This document shows positions 36,701-51,100 of a stretch of 64,000 bases of DNA, piece after piece. A model generated the notes under the pieces. The model ran no database searches. It was not told the origin of the DNA and saw only the letters and a list, made by a program, of their open reading frames with translations. Location of the stretch: NCBI GenBank assembly GCA_977016875.1, contig CDRNST010000214.1, positions 4,216,001-4,280,000 on the forward strand, in the 5' to 3' direction. The position numbers and the translations under genes are program-made. This DNA comes from Pavona decussata (taxonomy: Eukaryota). Numbering within the stretch: the first letter of the stretch is position 1; every line of letters begins with the position of its first letter.

Positions 36701-39700
36701 CAAGACAATGATCGATCATTTTCTTATTATTACGTTTGTGATTACGTTCATGTCGCTCTTAGGTATGTTTTCCCACAGGATTATGTTTGTGATCGGCGTG
36801 ATGTTTCTAGTGGGAACTAAACCTAAGAGCATTAGATGGACGAGCGTTAAGCATGAGATTGCAACTCACACTGAACCAGACATAAACAAGGTGCTTAAAA
36901 TGCGTCACATTAGTTTCTAGAAGAAATTGGCGCATTGTGTAGATGAAGATAATTAATTATAAACTTTCTCTGACGTCAGTTTTCTTTTTATGGCCAAAAA
37001 CACGGTGCAACTTGTGCTAGTCGCATGAAACTTAAGAAACGTTTCCGGAAAAATCCACCACAACAAAAACAGGTTGTACGATAAAAAATGGCTGAAAAAA
37101 CATACCCCGCAAAGGTTATTTTGTTTTCCCTTTGTCGCAGACTACTGAGACGTAGAACTCGATTCTCGTTTCTAAACCGTTTGCAGGCCAGCTTTGAAAG
37201 AATTGGGAGATGTCCACAGCATGGTATTAAAATAACACCACGAATTTCTTTTTTTGCCTATCGTAGCTGCCTTTAACCAGTTAAATGCTACAATAAAAAG
37301 GATTTTGTTGCGTACAGCACTCACACAGTTTGCGGTTTCAATAATTTCGTGCAAATGCATCTGTTCCAAATAAGCTTTTAGTACTGAATCTCCCAAAGGG
37401 GTTCAGGGCTCTGGACAGGGCTCCAGGGCTTCAATACAGAAAAATCGTAGCTCTACGGCTCCATGGCTTGACTCCGGGGCCCCATTTAGCCAGCATTTTT
37501 GTCCGGGCTCCAAGTAAAGAATGGCTTTGAGATTCGGGCATATCTGTTACGTTATGTCGTTAAGAATGCGGAAAAAAAAGGTCGGCTAGCATTTTCCCAG
37601 GCCAAAAACAGCCAGTAAATACGGGGAATAAGAATCCTTTTCCTAGAACTTTCTGCAACTGAAATTTTCAGTTAAAGCATCCGAACAGATCACACTGTAT
37701 AAGCTCACAAGGCACAAAACTGGAAACACAGGAGATGACATTTTAAGTATTTTGCTGACATGTTCTTGTTGGGTGCTCCGAGTCTGCTTCAGTTGCCGTT
37801 TCCCCTGCTTAGAAAACATGCTTTGAACTTCATGAATACTTAATTTCACCTGGACAGCTGAAAACGTTAACAGTATAATGAAACAAGGAAACGAGAGGCA
37901 AAGCCAAAGGGGTCGATTTGACCGATACATAACTCCATCACAAACCACAAGCGCGCTCTTCGTACTTGCCGATAATGTCCGACTACAGGGCATATATTAG
38001 ACACCGTGATCTAAACTACGTGAAGAACAGAACGATATAAAGTTGACAATTTCTCACCAATGATAATTGTTCCTACGCAAACATCAGTGAACGCGCGCGG
38101 CCATCTTTCAGTCACGAAATTACCGCTAAGTAACATGGGTCAAGCAACCGCCCGCTTGTTTTTGCAGAGGACAGCAAAGAAATGTACCAAAATGTAAAAC
38201 GCACGCGCAGAACTATTGTTTTTGCTCATTAAACCTATTGTTTTGCGGCGTTGTCGTTGCCGTTGCCATCGTCGTTGCTTAAGCTGCCTATATATTTTTT
38301 TGTGACGCACTCTGATTCGTAGTTTCCCCAGTTAGTTAGTTAGTCAATTGATTGACTTTTGTCTTTCTCGCCCTTCGCAGGGCATCCAAAAAGCAAGGAG
38401 ATGAGAAGGAGGAGGACGAGGACGACGGTAACGGCAAGGAACAAGAAGACGACGCGTAAGAAATGTTTTTCATTTGCTTTAGAACCTTTGTGTGGCCCTC
38501 ATGGTAATATTAATGCACATGTCATCAGCTTGGGCCAACCAGGACAATATATTGGGGGCATCGATTAGATTCTCTGCCCCAGGGTACTGGAGAATTCCCT
38601 AGAGTTTTTTTTAAGGACAAGCGCCCGACCCATTCTCCCTAAGTTAAAAAGAGTTTTAATAAAAACTTACCAGGTTGAGAGGTTCCGAAATGGTCAACCG
38701 CTGCTTCGTAAAGATCACGGACGCGTTTTACATTCGGCTCACCCTGAGTATAAGGCAAACAAGAAAACAAATGCTGTTCAAATCAGGATGAGAATAAGAC
38801 AAAGCTGCTACAACAACAACAACAACAACAACAAACAAACAAAGGACAAAACAAAACAAAACAAAATACGGCTAGCACATAGCTTCCAAAGGACTGACTT
38901 TAAAAATGTAAGCGCCTGACTTTTGCCTGGTTCAACAGACACTTTACGGGATTGGGTCCTATTTTTTTAAACTGAACTTACCTGTTTGAGTTCTAAGCCA
39001 ATGCATTGTCGGAAGAAAGATATCGTCACGGGTGGGGTTTGACAAAGCCTACAAAATAAGAGAGTACAAGAAAGTTACTCCAGTTACCAGTTAGTTGTCA
39101 GTTTCCTTACAGTACAACTTTAAAAAGTAATCAAAACATAACAAATAAACTTGAAATAACTCTTTTCTATACCAGAACTGAGATATAATCGACAAATTTG
39201 GTCCATGCGATCAAAGGTTTAATAACAGCTGTTTTACTGTTCGCTGTCAGTTAGCCGCACAAAAAAGCGTTTTGTTACTAACACTTGCTTTTCCGCACTT
39301 TGTACAGGTGCCTTCAGCGCTCGCAACACTTGCCTCGCCTCTCCTGAAAGCCTGGCTACGGTCAGATTGCTATTAATACTGCATTACATGTACTTGGAAA
39401 GAAACAAACAGAAAGATTTTGACATTAAACCTTTTGTAAAGTGTCCTGGCTTTTTTGATTCCCTTTGTTGTGGCGGTCCATTCAACATATTTCTCTTTCA
39501 TTGGTGAACTCACATCAACACAGGATTCCAACGAAAGCTGAAAAAAGGAACAATAAGCGCAAAGTTAAGGAGACCCTCTTCATTAGGAGACGACAACTAG
39601 ATATTTGTCACGTGATCCCGTGGTAAACAGGCTGTGCGGCTAACATAGTCATAAAACGCTCTAAAAGTTTACCGTCAATTTATCGCCGACGAAAAGAATA

Positions 39701-42700
39701 ACATTACAATACAATGTATGTTTAACTTAGAGATAAGAATTAACTTTGCTGCTCACAACGAACATGTTTTTTGCTATGTACTACGATCCCAATCACTTTA
39801 ACTTCAATTAAAGGCCATTACGTGTGACTTCAAACAGTCTTATCCGCAGACTCAAAAGTTAGAACCACCTTGTACAGCATAATAAACAGCGCCGCAGAAA
39901 AGTACTGCTCAGAAGCTTTGATTTGGTTGGTTAAGGCCAAGTAATATGGGTAACATTTCCTTGTAACTTGTCGCGCAACAATGTTGCATTGCAAGTTGTG
40001 ATTGTTTGCTGCCCGTATTACCACTCTCGCGCGCGCGCAACAAATTTTCATACGCTGTTTCTACTTTTTGCAACATGAAAATTTGTTGCGCGCGGAGGTG
40101 GTAATACGCGCAACAAACAATCGCAACTTGCAATGCAACATTGTTGCGCGACAAGTTGCAAGAAAATGTTCCCCGTAATACTTGGCCTTTACAATTTGGA
40201 TTTTATCCTGACCTATAAGTTATAAAGATATATTGGCATGTAAACAGCACTACGGAAAGCACTTCTCAGTAGCTTTCATTTGAATGGTCACACTTCAGGA
40301 TTTCACCCAAAGACTTTAAAATTAGAATCGCCTTAAACAGCATAATGCACTTGATGAACATTAACATTATCATAGTGAGAACTCATCGGTGAGAGGGAAA
40401 GATTTTTAACACCTTAAAACACTCACTTCAAACACAGCCTTGACTTCGCTTGGATTTTTCTCGATACACCATACAAGCCATTGAGTCCAAAGTGGCAGCG
40501 ATTCCTAAACAAGTAAACAAAGCAATCTGAAGTGCCAAAGAGGAATAGAGTTTTCAGAAGTCAGTTCACATTCTGGTGCAAGTTCCAGTCTCCTAGCTTT
40601 CCAACACCTGAGCCTACAAAGCCTAGTAAGCTGCATAACCCAGCCTGGTAAGTCTAGGTGTTTCTCAAAAGCCCAGATAACTTACTGCACCCATTAACTA
40701 TACCAACTAGTTTTGTCAAAACCTTTCTTTACCGATTGGTGCCAAGTTTTAGCAGCACTAATTAAGAAATGGAAAAATTTAGCTTTCAAAAATATCAGCA
40801 AAAAATCTCTACATTGTAGCTATAACAAATAATTATTGTAAAAAGAGTTGAGACACTCTCTGTTATTGGGTACTTTTTAGACACCCACTTAGGTTTTACT
40901 TGTCCCCCCCCCCCCCCCCCCCTTCCCCCTTAATTTGCAAATATCATATTCAACCAAGCAAGCCTCAACATTGAAAGTGAAAGGGGGTGAGGGGGCTTGA
41001 AGGGTATCACAAAGAGTGCATTATTTGCTGGAAATAGGAAAAATGCTGAGAGTGTATCATTTTTTTTGCAACTGCTTGTAGAAATATTTGGCACCAAAAA
41101 TAGTTTTCCAGCCTGGAAAGTTATTGAGATTTACGGGAAACAACTCCCTGTCTACATGTATGTGAAATGATTGCATAGTCAGTTCTTTGTCAGCAACAAG
41201 TCTTAAATTTCACTGTTTCAAATGATTTTTTATGACGATGGTAAAGTGATGTGAATATTTGTTCCTACCTTGGATTCCACACATTTGATGGCAGTGGAAA
41301 ATTCACTGTGAATGTTTTCTATTTTACCTGGGAAGTGAAGAAACAACCAATATGATAGATTTAGTAAATATAAAAATACATGACCTACAGAGAGAAAGTC
41401 TAATTCACAAGAAGTTTGAGTTACATGTATCACCATGCTCATGACTGATCATTACTATGCAAAAATGGTAAAAGCAGGTCATTACCACGACTAAGCACTT
41501 TCAATGTCAGGAAATCACTCCACAGGCTCACTGATGTGTTAAACTGCTCCGTTGCTTTCTTGCACATGGATAATGCCTGCTTCTTTTTCTCTGCTTGGAG
41601 CAGAACACTGACCTGTAAAAAGACAGTAAAGAGGGTTAATAATTTGCTGATACAATTACAAGCTTAAGGCTCATATTCAGTTCAAAAAACTGCCAAACTC
41701 ACAAGTGACGTACCACAAATCAAACAAAAGGTGTAAACTTCTGGAGAAAAAGTAGATGAGAAAGAAACATATATATCACAGGTTTTTACACCGAGTATTG
41801 TCCAATCGCCAAAATGATGAAAAAAAGAAGGTAAATAATGTGATACTCTTCTACACATTGAAACAAAAAGGTTAAAAAAAACCCATCGCTTTTTGTCAAA
41901 GTTTTACAGCTGCTAATCATCATGCATTTCCAAGATTACTCTTAGCTGTATTTTGGGCTATATTTATTTAGTAATTATTTACTAATAAAAAATCCATTAA
42001 AAATAATATTGTTTCAAATTCTTCCAGGTAACACAGCCAAATAATGAACATTTTTACCAGCTTAGTAAAAGGTAAAACTTTATAAAAATTGAATTCTATG
42101 CCAGCTAGAATTAAAAGTAACCAGTGTGACTTTCAATACGGAACTTTTACAGGATGGTGAAAAAACACAAGGAAGAGTGTTTCATCCAATTTCCAAAAAC
42201 AGTTTAGAAAAACAAGGGGCAGCTGAGTTTTTTTTAACCAGTTTTGGTGGGGAGGAGGTAATACAAGTCCCCTAAAAAACGGCTGCATGGGAGGCTAACT
42301 TTGATGTGTTTGGAAATTGGATGAAACACTCTAAATCAAGTGTTTGATATTGCTTCTCAAACCATTAATAATTATTCTTGGAGACAATCTGTGTTTTATG
42401 GATGAGTTTGAGAAACGTATTTCCAACTCACCCATGTTTTGTAAAGATTCTCTGTGAGATGATTTTCATGGGCTGCTGCTGAAAATAAGTCTAACACAAT
42501 TTTCTCTCGCTGCAGAGGAAAAGATAACAAGAGATTTGACATTGCATCTTGAGATATACATTGATGTACATTTGCAACCACACAGTATTATTTACAATAG
42601 ACGAAAATGTACATGTATTACAAAGTTTCTTTCCTTAAATAGCTATGCATCAATACATTTAATTTTCCATTGGAAGTATTGATCCCACAATGTCATCAGC

Positions 42701-45125
42701 TTATGAATACTGTGCATGCATGATAATATTATATCATGCTATTCACAGCTTGCTTTGAGAAAGCTTCTTTTACAGCTTTAATTTGATTAGGATAAAATGT
42801 TCAAACCACTTTGATTTATTTTCTTTTGTTCCATGCGACTGAGACAAAGGTAATTAAAATATAATTTTGTTAACGATAATAATGATTAATCAACCTCAGT
42901 TTGTTATTGTACAGCTGTACTTGGTGATTAACTAAATTGGATGACTGCTGTCTGCATATAGTGGGAATCTGTTTTGTCTAAGTACTAGTGCATGCTGACT
43001 GAGTACAATGTACAGGTAACCAAAGACCCTGATTGATAATTAATCATAAACTTGTTTTAACAAAATTATACACCTCAGTAAAATAATTGTATAAGTGCAC
43101 TGTAACTTGTGAGATGTAAAAAGCAACTTCCACTTTGGAGAAGCTACCGATAAAAAGATACAGATATTATTGGTTGGGTTCCCCAGCCATTTTGGTCCAA
43201 AAAACATTATTTTTTTTATGGTATAAGTGTTGAATATTTTGATCTGATATAGAGGTTATAGTTACAGTTTTCAAGTATATGTCTTGCCTTGCTTCAAAAA
43301 TGGGACTCAGGTTGTATAAAAAGATATAGTATTTAATTATTTTGACATGAATGTCTTAGAGTAACACATTCTCTGCAGGCAAAATTTAATTTCTATGACA
43401 TTTAACTGTACCCTCTCCTCCTTCTAAGCAAGTCTGGATCAGCGGCCACTGCTCTTACCACTATCACTTTTTTCTAAATTCTAGTGCTCAAGATATCAAG
43501 ATTCTTCTACAGCACGAAATGCAGTCTGATCAACAAATTATGATACATGTACAGGTGTTATAGGACTGAGTGGAGAGCAATTCAGACTGTTTAAATAACA
43601 CAGATCAATGTTTGCTACATGTACTAATGTCTTGCAGGCAACTAAGTACATGTACAGTATATGATCTTATCTGCAACATGATTATAAAGTGTTGCTGTTG
43701 TTATTGTTAGGTGTACATTTACTTAATGATGAACTAAATTGGACGACTGCTGTCAGTCAGTACTGAGATCCAATTTGTTTCTTAAGCACTAGTACAATGT
43801 ATATGGGGGATTGTTGCATGTATACACTGTACATGTATGATTACAGACTGAATATGAAGACAGTCACTGGCATTGATATAAATTATTAGTCAAAATTATG
43901 GGATAAACATAACATTTTGGACGATGAAAATACAGTTAAGTTTTATTGAGATCAAGGTTGAAAAAAAAAAAGATTGAAGTGCAATAATCACAGCAGTCGT
44001 ATTACATGTACATGTACATGTCCAGTACACATTGTGCTGTCCCAGAAAATGTCCATACTCCCCCACAAAAGGCTTTTTGTTTTGCACCCCCTGTCCCCCT
44101 AGGAAATTCCAGTTTAGCTTCATACGTTGCTTTTAAAATTTTGACTATTAAGACCCCCCTCCCCCTAGGATTTTCTGATGACCTTCCATGGGGTGGGCAT
44201 GGATTTTTTTCTGGAACTGCACAATTTATAACAAATACAGTACATGTACACATACTTCAATATTACTTGGGTATGACAAATATAATTATGTAGTACACCG
44301 TCCTGGTCAAATCTGGATTCTAATAACCAATCAGAAGCAAGATCAAATGTTATTTACGATTCAACAAATTTTTAATTTCTTTTATTAAAAGTGAAAGAAT
44401 TTAACAATGAACCTACTCTTTTCCGCTGGTTTTCAGAACTTTCACCCAGTAATTCCATGAAGGCTCCTATGTAGAACTCCCACATTTTATCTGTCAGATA
44501 AAGCAAACATAACAGTGATTTTCATGTACATCTGCATTTGCCTTCTCTTTTTTCAATCTTTCAATTAAACCTTCGTTAACATGCATTTCTTATATGCAAT
44601 GTGAAAAAGCTTGTAAACCTGTTTGAACTTTTTCCACAGCCTCCTTAAACAACTTGTTCATCTCTGACTCAAGTTCACACCACTGGTTATCTGTAATAAA
44701 TTACAAAAAAAAAACTTAATATGCATTTAATGTACACTTGCTTCAAAAAGATTAATGTTGCCAGGTAAGACAATGATATAAACCATGAACAATGTGCCCC
44801 AATGGCTTTCTGGGAAGCATTTATTAAATAAACTACAAACTTATTTCCATTCTTACAATAAAAGTGTGCCACATTACACTACGGTACAAGTTTCAGCTGC
44901 ATCCTGGGCCCATTGTTCAAAGACTGATACTGTCAGCTTAAAATTACTCTTTGAAAACATTTTTAATGAGTGAGATGAAAACCTGTTAGCTTTTAAACGT
45001 TGATAAGCGTCAATCAGCTTTTGAACTATCAGGTCCTTGAAAATAATTGTGGAACAACTTATGATGGCTTGATTGTTGACACCTCCTTTAAGGGGACACT
45101 TCTCTTTTGTCCTGAGGGTGTCCCC

Positions 45126-45174
<49 letters not shown>

Positions 45175-48100
45175 GAGATACTCGGGTTTCCTATTGGTGG
45201 TGCCTACTAATACAGGGATAATTTTGCACGGTTTAAAACTACATGTATACGGAGAAAGCAGAACTTAGCAACTGCTTTTGGTATCTCAAAAGAAAATTAG
45301 GGGTAACCATGCATTTTTCAGAGATAATTAAACTTTAATTTAGGAAAAAAATCCAATACATTGCTCTATATTTTGGCGCCTTTTAGAGATATTATTGCTT
45401 AATTATCTCTGAAAAATGCGTGGTTACCCCCAATTTTCTTTTTGGATTCCAAGAGGCCTTGCTAAGATCTGCGTTTCCCGCATAGTCATAAGCTGCACAA
45501 AAATACTTTGGTATTAGTAGGCACCGTCCTTAATGGAGGTTTCACCTTATATAAAGTAAAGCAACTGTGAATCAGTGCATAATAACAATGATGCAAACCT
45601 GTAATCACTGCTGATCCTTTCTTTACTTCAGTTTGTCTTTCAGCCAAGGGCCGCCGAGCCACTAAATTCCGCACCTCTTCAGATGTGGGAAAATCTTCTA
45701 ACAGACTGTAATGAAATTTAAGTTTCAAGTTTAAGTTTTATGACACCTTTACAACACACTTGGGCAGAGAAAAGCAGTGGGAAGCATATATTTGTACCTA
45801 AGAAAAAACAACAGCACAAACAAAAGGTCTGCAATGTTCAACCAAACTGTTAATCCAACAATAACATGTATATCACTTCTGTATGTACACCATCTGGCCT
45901 CATGACCATGATTAAGCTCTGGCTTTGTATTAAGTAAGTTCATGAATTCCTGGCTACTGCATGACCTTCTTTGAATGATCTAATTAGTTGGCTGGAACCT
46001 GGGATAAATGAACATGAAAAATCAAGGGGGAGGGTAAGAAAATAAACATGTCACCTGTTGTACACCAAATCACAGCCTTGTTTTGTATCCTCAAAGAGTT
46101 GATATACTTCAATGAAAGATATTCTGAATTTTATATCATCTGAAAAGTAAATAAAGTAGAGGACAGGTAAAGAAGAAAATATTTAAAGCCTTCTAGAACA
46201 GACACCGAAGATACAGGGACCATTAACTGAAGAGGGTTAACCTAAACATCATGAATTTGTAACTAGATTTGAAGGATAAACTTCATTTTAATTATAATTT
46301 TACTTTTTTGTGCAGCTTTGTCTTTCAACAAAATAGCTATTCAGTTGCAGCTGAGTACAGTTGTCTCAAATTTATAGAAAAAGATTAAGAATAACAGTAA
46401 ATTATGAGAATGATGTATTATTCTAGGAGGCCTATAGTTAATAAGCCCCCGGCTTCTATATAGGCTTCCTAGCCTTTAACACATTTAATGTTGTAAATAG
46501 TTAAGTATGAACATTGTAATAGTAAGAATATTGTGTGTCGTCTATAATGTATTTATGTTGTATTTTTTTTGGTTAAATATGGCAAAAAAAACGAAATGAA
46601 TCGATTCTAGAAACTGACACAGGCATACTCGGAAAAAAGAAATCTGCGTGCTCCTATCAGGAGTCGAACCTAAGACCTTCCGATTACTAGTTCGGATGCT
46701 CTACCACTGAGCTACAGGAGACTCGTGGGAGCTAAGGCCATTAAAATAGGTTTGTGGGACAAATATCCTACATACTACTAGTAAGGATTTAAATGTCGAA
46801 CGTGTGGTAAATGAAATAAATGTGATGGTATATTTCCAGCCTGGTGAATGAATGAGAATGGTGTATTATTCTAGGATTTAAATGTCGAACGTGTGGTAAA
46901 TGAAATAAATGTGATGGTATATTTCCAGCCTGGTGAATGAATGGGAATGGTGTATTATTCTAGAAAGTGGCATTAGCTCCCACGAGTCTCCTGTAGCTCA
47001 GTGGCAGAGCATCCGAACTAGTGATCGGAAGGTCTTAGGTTCGATTCCTGATAGGAGCACGCGGATTTCTTTTTTTCCGAGTATGCCTGTGTCACTTTCT
47101 AGAAATAAAAAAAATTATAATACATCATTCTCATTCATTCACCAGTCTGGAAATATACCATCACATTTATTTCATTCAACCTATAGGTAAGAAAACTTAA
47201 ACACAGAAATGGTGTTTATTTTACTGTTTCCTGTACCTGGTATGCACTCTATAGCCTTTTTATAAACAATTTCAGGAACTTTTCCAGCTAGAAATTCTGG
47301 AGTCACTACTTCCTCTTCTTCCTCTTCCTGGACAATGACAAAAATGAGAAAATAGTTAAGTTACAGTGAAGTCTGGTTAAAATTCTCAAAAGATCTATCT
47401 CACAAAATAGAACTATATCTTGCAAGTATGTAAAACCATGGAAAAGATGTTGTATCATAATGATTCCACTTCTTTTTAGCAAAAACAAATTAAAATACAT
47501 GATTTAGTGTCAACAACACGCAGTGGTCAACTGGATAGCCTGCAAGCAAGATCTGTATTTGTTCTCACGTAAGACTTACACACCGTCCAGTCTTCTAGCA
47601 GTTTTTGCTTCGCTCGCTGCATGCGCCCCAAATAAAATAATACCGCGTGAGACCTCAGTTAGAGAGCTAATGCCCAACTGGCAATGTAATACAGGATCCT
47701 ACTTTGTAATAAAAATTAATGCTGTTCCATTTTGCATGTTCTCTGCCTTTAAATAATATTGTAAAATGATGTAGTGGTAGAATAATAATTATTAATAATG
47801 AATCAATGTTATTGCATGATTGCAGAAATATGTACACCAAGTAGGTAATAATTTTTGTTGTGTTGTGATTTAAACATTGTTTTGGGGTGAAAATTTCCAA
47901 AACAGTTTGCTCAAAATTTTCTATGATAATTTCTAGATTTTGCTTATTTTGAATCTGGAAGAAGGAAAATCAAATTAACAGTTACTTTCATGAAAGAGAC
48001 CATTGGTCATCATGGTAAGAATATAATAACAATTAAAATAATCGTTTGCCCCATGATGTAGTAGTATGAAGTCTTTATTAAATCAGTCACAACATACATG

Positions 48101-51100
48101 ACTTTACAATCAATAACCAAATACTAGTGGTAGTATTTATTATTACAAACTTAACTTCAGCCGTAGTCTGAATACAGCTGTAGTTTCAAAAGAGCATGTA
48201 ATATTTTCTTCACAGTAGTGTTAAGTAGGTTTTAGTACATTAATTTTACCTGTGGTTCTGCTGCTTCTTTTAGACCAAGAATTGTTCTTCTCTTTTTAAT
48301 CTAATTTGAAGGAAACGTTTCATTGCACATTAAAATTAAATAAAACACTTTCATTTAAGTGTCAATGGTACATGTATCTAGCACAGAGTCCTAATAATAT
48401 TATTAGGGACACTATTCAGATCAAACAGTTCAATAAATAAAAAGAAAAAACACAATTTTTACTACAATCCCTTGTAAGTGACCACTCAAAGAATTGAGAA
48501 AGAAGACTGCTAAGTAGAGCAGGTGATAGTGTCTTGAACTAGAAACAAAGAAATTTGGTATCAGTCCAGGTAGCTGATTCACCAAGTTGGTTGGTCATGA
48601 GAAGATCAGAGGTTGTTACACAAGGTTTGTCTGCAGTAGATGAATTTAAAGATCAAAATAAAAATTTGACTGATGTTTAAATTTTAACTCACTTTTTCGA
48701 CATGCAGAAGTTCCATTCTGAAATACTGCAATAAAATAGGTTGCAAAAAATTGATCAGACTTTGTGTATCATTGCGTCAATACTGTGTAAACGTAGAGTA
48801 ATCATATTAAAATATTAACTGTAATTCTATGGATATAGTGTACCTCCAGCCAAAGCTGTTTTGATGAAGGATTCACTCGCAGTCCTCTTTGTAACAAAGT
48901 TCTGCTGTTTGGAATGTTCTTGTTTTCTTCAAATTCCCACTTTGCTCCCATTATCCACAAGTCTGAAATGAAAAAGTTATTTATTACATTGGCCTTATTG
49001 AAATATTGATAACAAGCTAGACTTATCACAAAATACAAGCAACAAAGCCACAAAACCTATTAATGACAAGCAACAAAGTTGTGATACCCACACTGTAAGA
49101 AACAAATTAAGCTTCAAGCCGTTACCTGAGGTCATTATAATAATAGATCATTACTGTACCGTTCAATAAAATGCAAACCCTGAACTTCAAAACCCTGCAA
49201 CTAACAATTTGCATATTTTACTGCCATCTATCACAATTATGTAGACAACTGACTGACTGCAAAAATACTGTAACCAACAAAGTGGATCGAGATCTGCCAA
49301 TTCCAACATTTGAATGTGACCTTTTGAACCCATGGAGCCAAACATCTTAGTTTTCTAAGAGGTCCACTGAGCTGATAATTTGACAGCAGTGGAAAACACA
49401 GCAGTTAGTCAAATCTTGAACTTCAGAGTCAACATGTTATGGAAAGAAACAGTAAGTGCAACAAGATCTGAAACAACAGCATTTTTGGTTTGGCATAAAA
49501 ACTGATACATGTACATTGTTATACATGTAGGCATCACTATAAAAATTATCATCAAAACCAATTAACCACTGTCATCGTCATTGTAATCATCACCATCATC
49601 ATTGCCACCATTTTTGCCAACACATGATCGACAGTCATCATTTATCATTAGTGCATAGATTTATTCAGCAACCTACAACATGTAGGTTGTAGCAACCTGT
49701 TCTTTACTGAATGCTGTTTTTGTAATAATATGAAAATAATACTAACTTGGTTTGTCTGGATGGTATTGCAAGACTTTGGCAAAAACTTTTCCAAGAACTT
49801 TTGTACTCCCCTGGTAAAACAAGAATGAATCAGGAGGAAAGATCAGGATGAAGAATGATAAAAAAAAAATTATTGGCAAAGTCATAAATGTAGTATTCAT
49901 CAAATGCTATATTCTCAACTTCTTCTCACCATGTGTTTACAGAATTCAATGTATTGTATCCAAAGTTTGATGTCTCCCTACAAAGATATGTATGAAAAAT
50001 AGTGTTCAGTATTTTGAGAATTCAAGTATACGTGTATGTTAATTACATCTGCAATGTAATATTGTCCTTGTGAACAAAGCTGTGTGTTTTAGAGAGCTCA
50101 ACATGCATGTAGTGTCAGCCTAGCTTGTGTTTGCGGGTTTCAACAAGGAATAAAGCAAACCCAAAACATCATAACATCTAGTACACTGAACATTAAAAAA
50201 ATGTGCACATGTACACTAAGAGTGATAATTAAATAATTTCCCTTGTGCTTAGAGTTAACAAATTTCTTAATATTAATTTTTGTCATAAATATCACTCAAA
50301 CAACCTGTGTACATGTAGACTATACTGCATGTAAACATTTTGTGTGAACCTCAAGAATAATCCACAATTCACATTCACTTACCACAAACTTTTTTAAGGC
50401 ATTCTGCAAGAAGCAAAGAAAAGTCTTAGAAAAATACACAACATATACATGGACACTTGTTATTGATTAGAAATAACATCACATGGACAAAAAAAAATAA
50501 TTATTCTGACTTGTGAACTGGATTTTCCTCTTTTTACATTTAACAGTAAGTTGATTTGAAAACAGAAAATTGTCACTGGGATAAAAAAAAAAAGAAACAT
50601 AACGACATTCATTTAGGCATCGGTACTAAACAGGAGGTGTAAAATGTCTTAAAGAAATGTCACTTAGGGAAAAAAATCTGATATTATTATAAAGGATATG
50701 CAGTAACCTTTTGATGGAGTTGAGCATCACAGTGTAGTCTTAAATACCTGGAACAGGTTATGAATCCTTCTCATGACAGCTTGCTCTCCATGCAAACTCC
50801 TTTTAATACCAAGTCTCTGGATATCCGCAAAAAAAAAATCAGAATTTTCTCTAACTATTAATTTTAGAGTATTCCAAACATGTAATTGAAGGATTTTGGA
50901 CAAGAGAAGCATAAGTGTATCTTTTGCCTTAAAATTGAAATTGCTTCAAATACACTTTAATTAAGCCCTATTTTGGTACGGAAACTGGTTGTCACCCAAG
51001 AAACTTAAATACATGTAGAAGAAAGATCTTTGCAGTTAGTACGCAACATAAGCAGTTGCGAAAAGGAAGCCTGAAAAAAAATTGAAAAACATTCAGGCTT

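Noticed and set aside
46649-47059. Functional tRNA-Thr(AGT) genes
   Set aside because: The anticodon arm is irregular and the sequences are embedded in repeat units, so they are treated as tRNA-derived. tRNAscan-SE would settle it.
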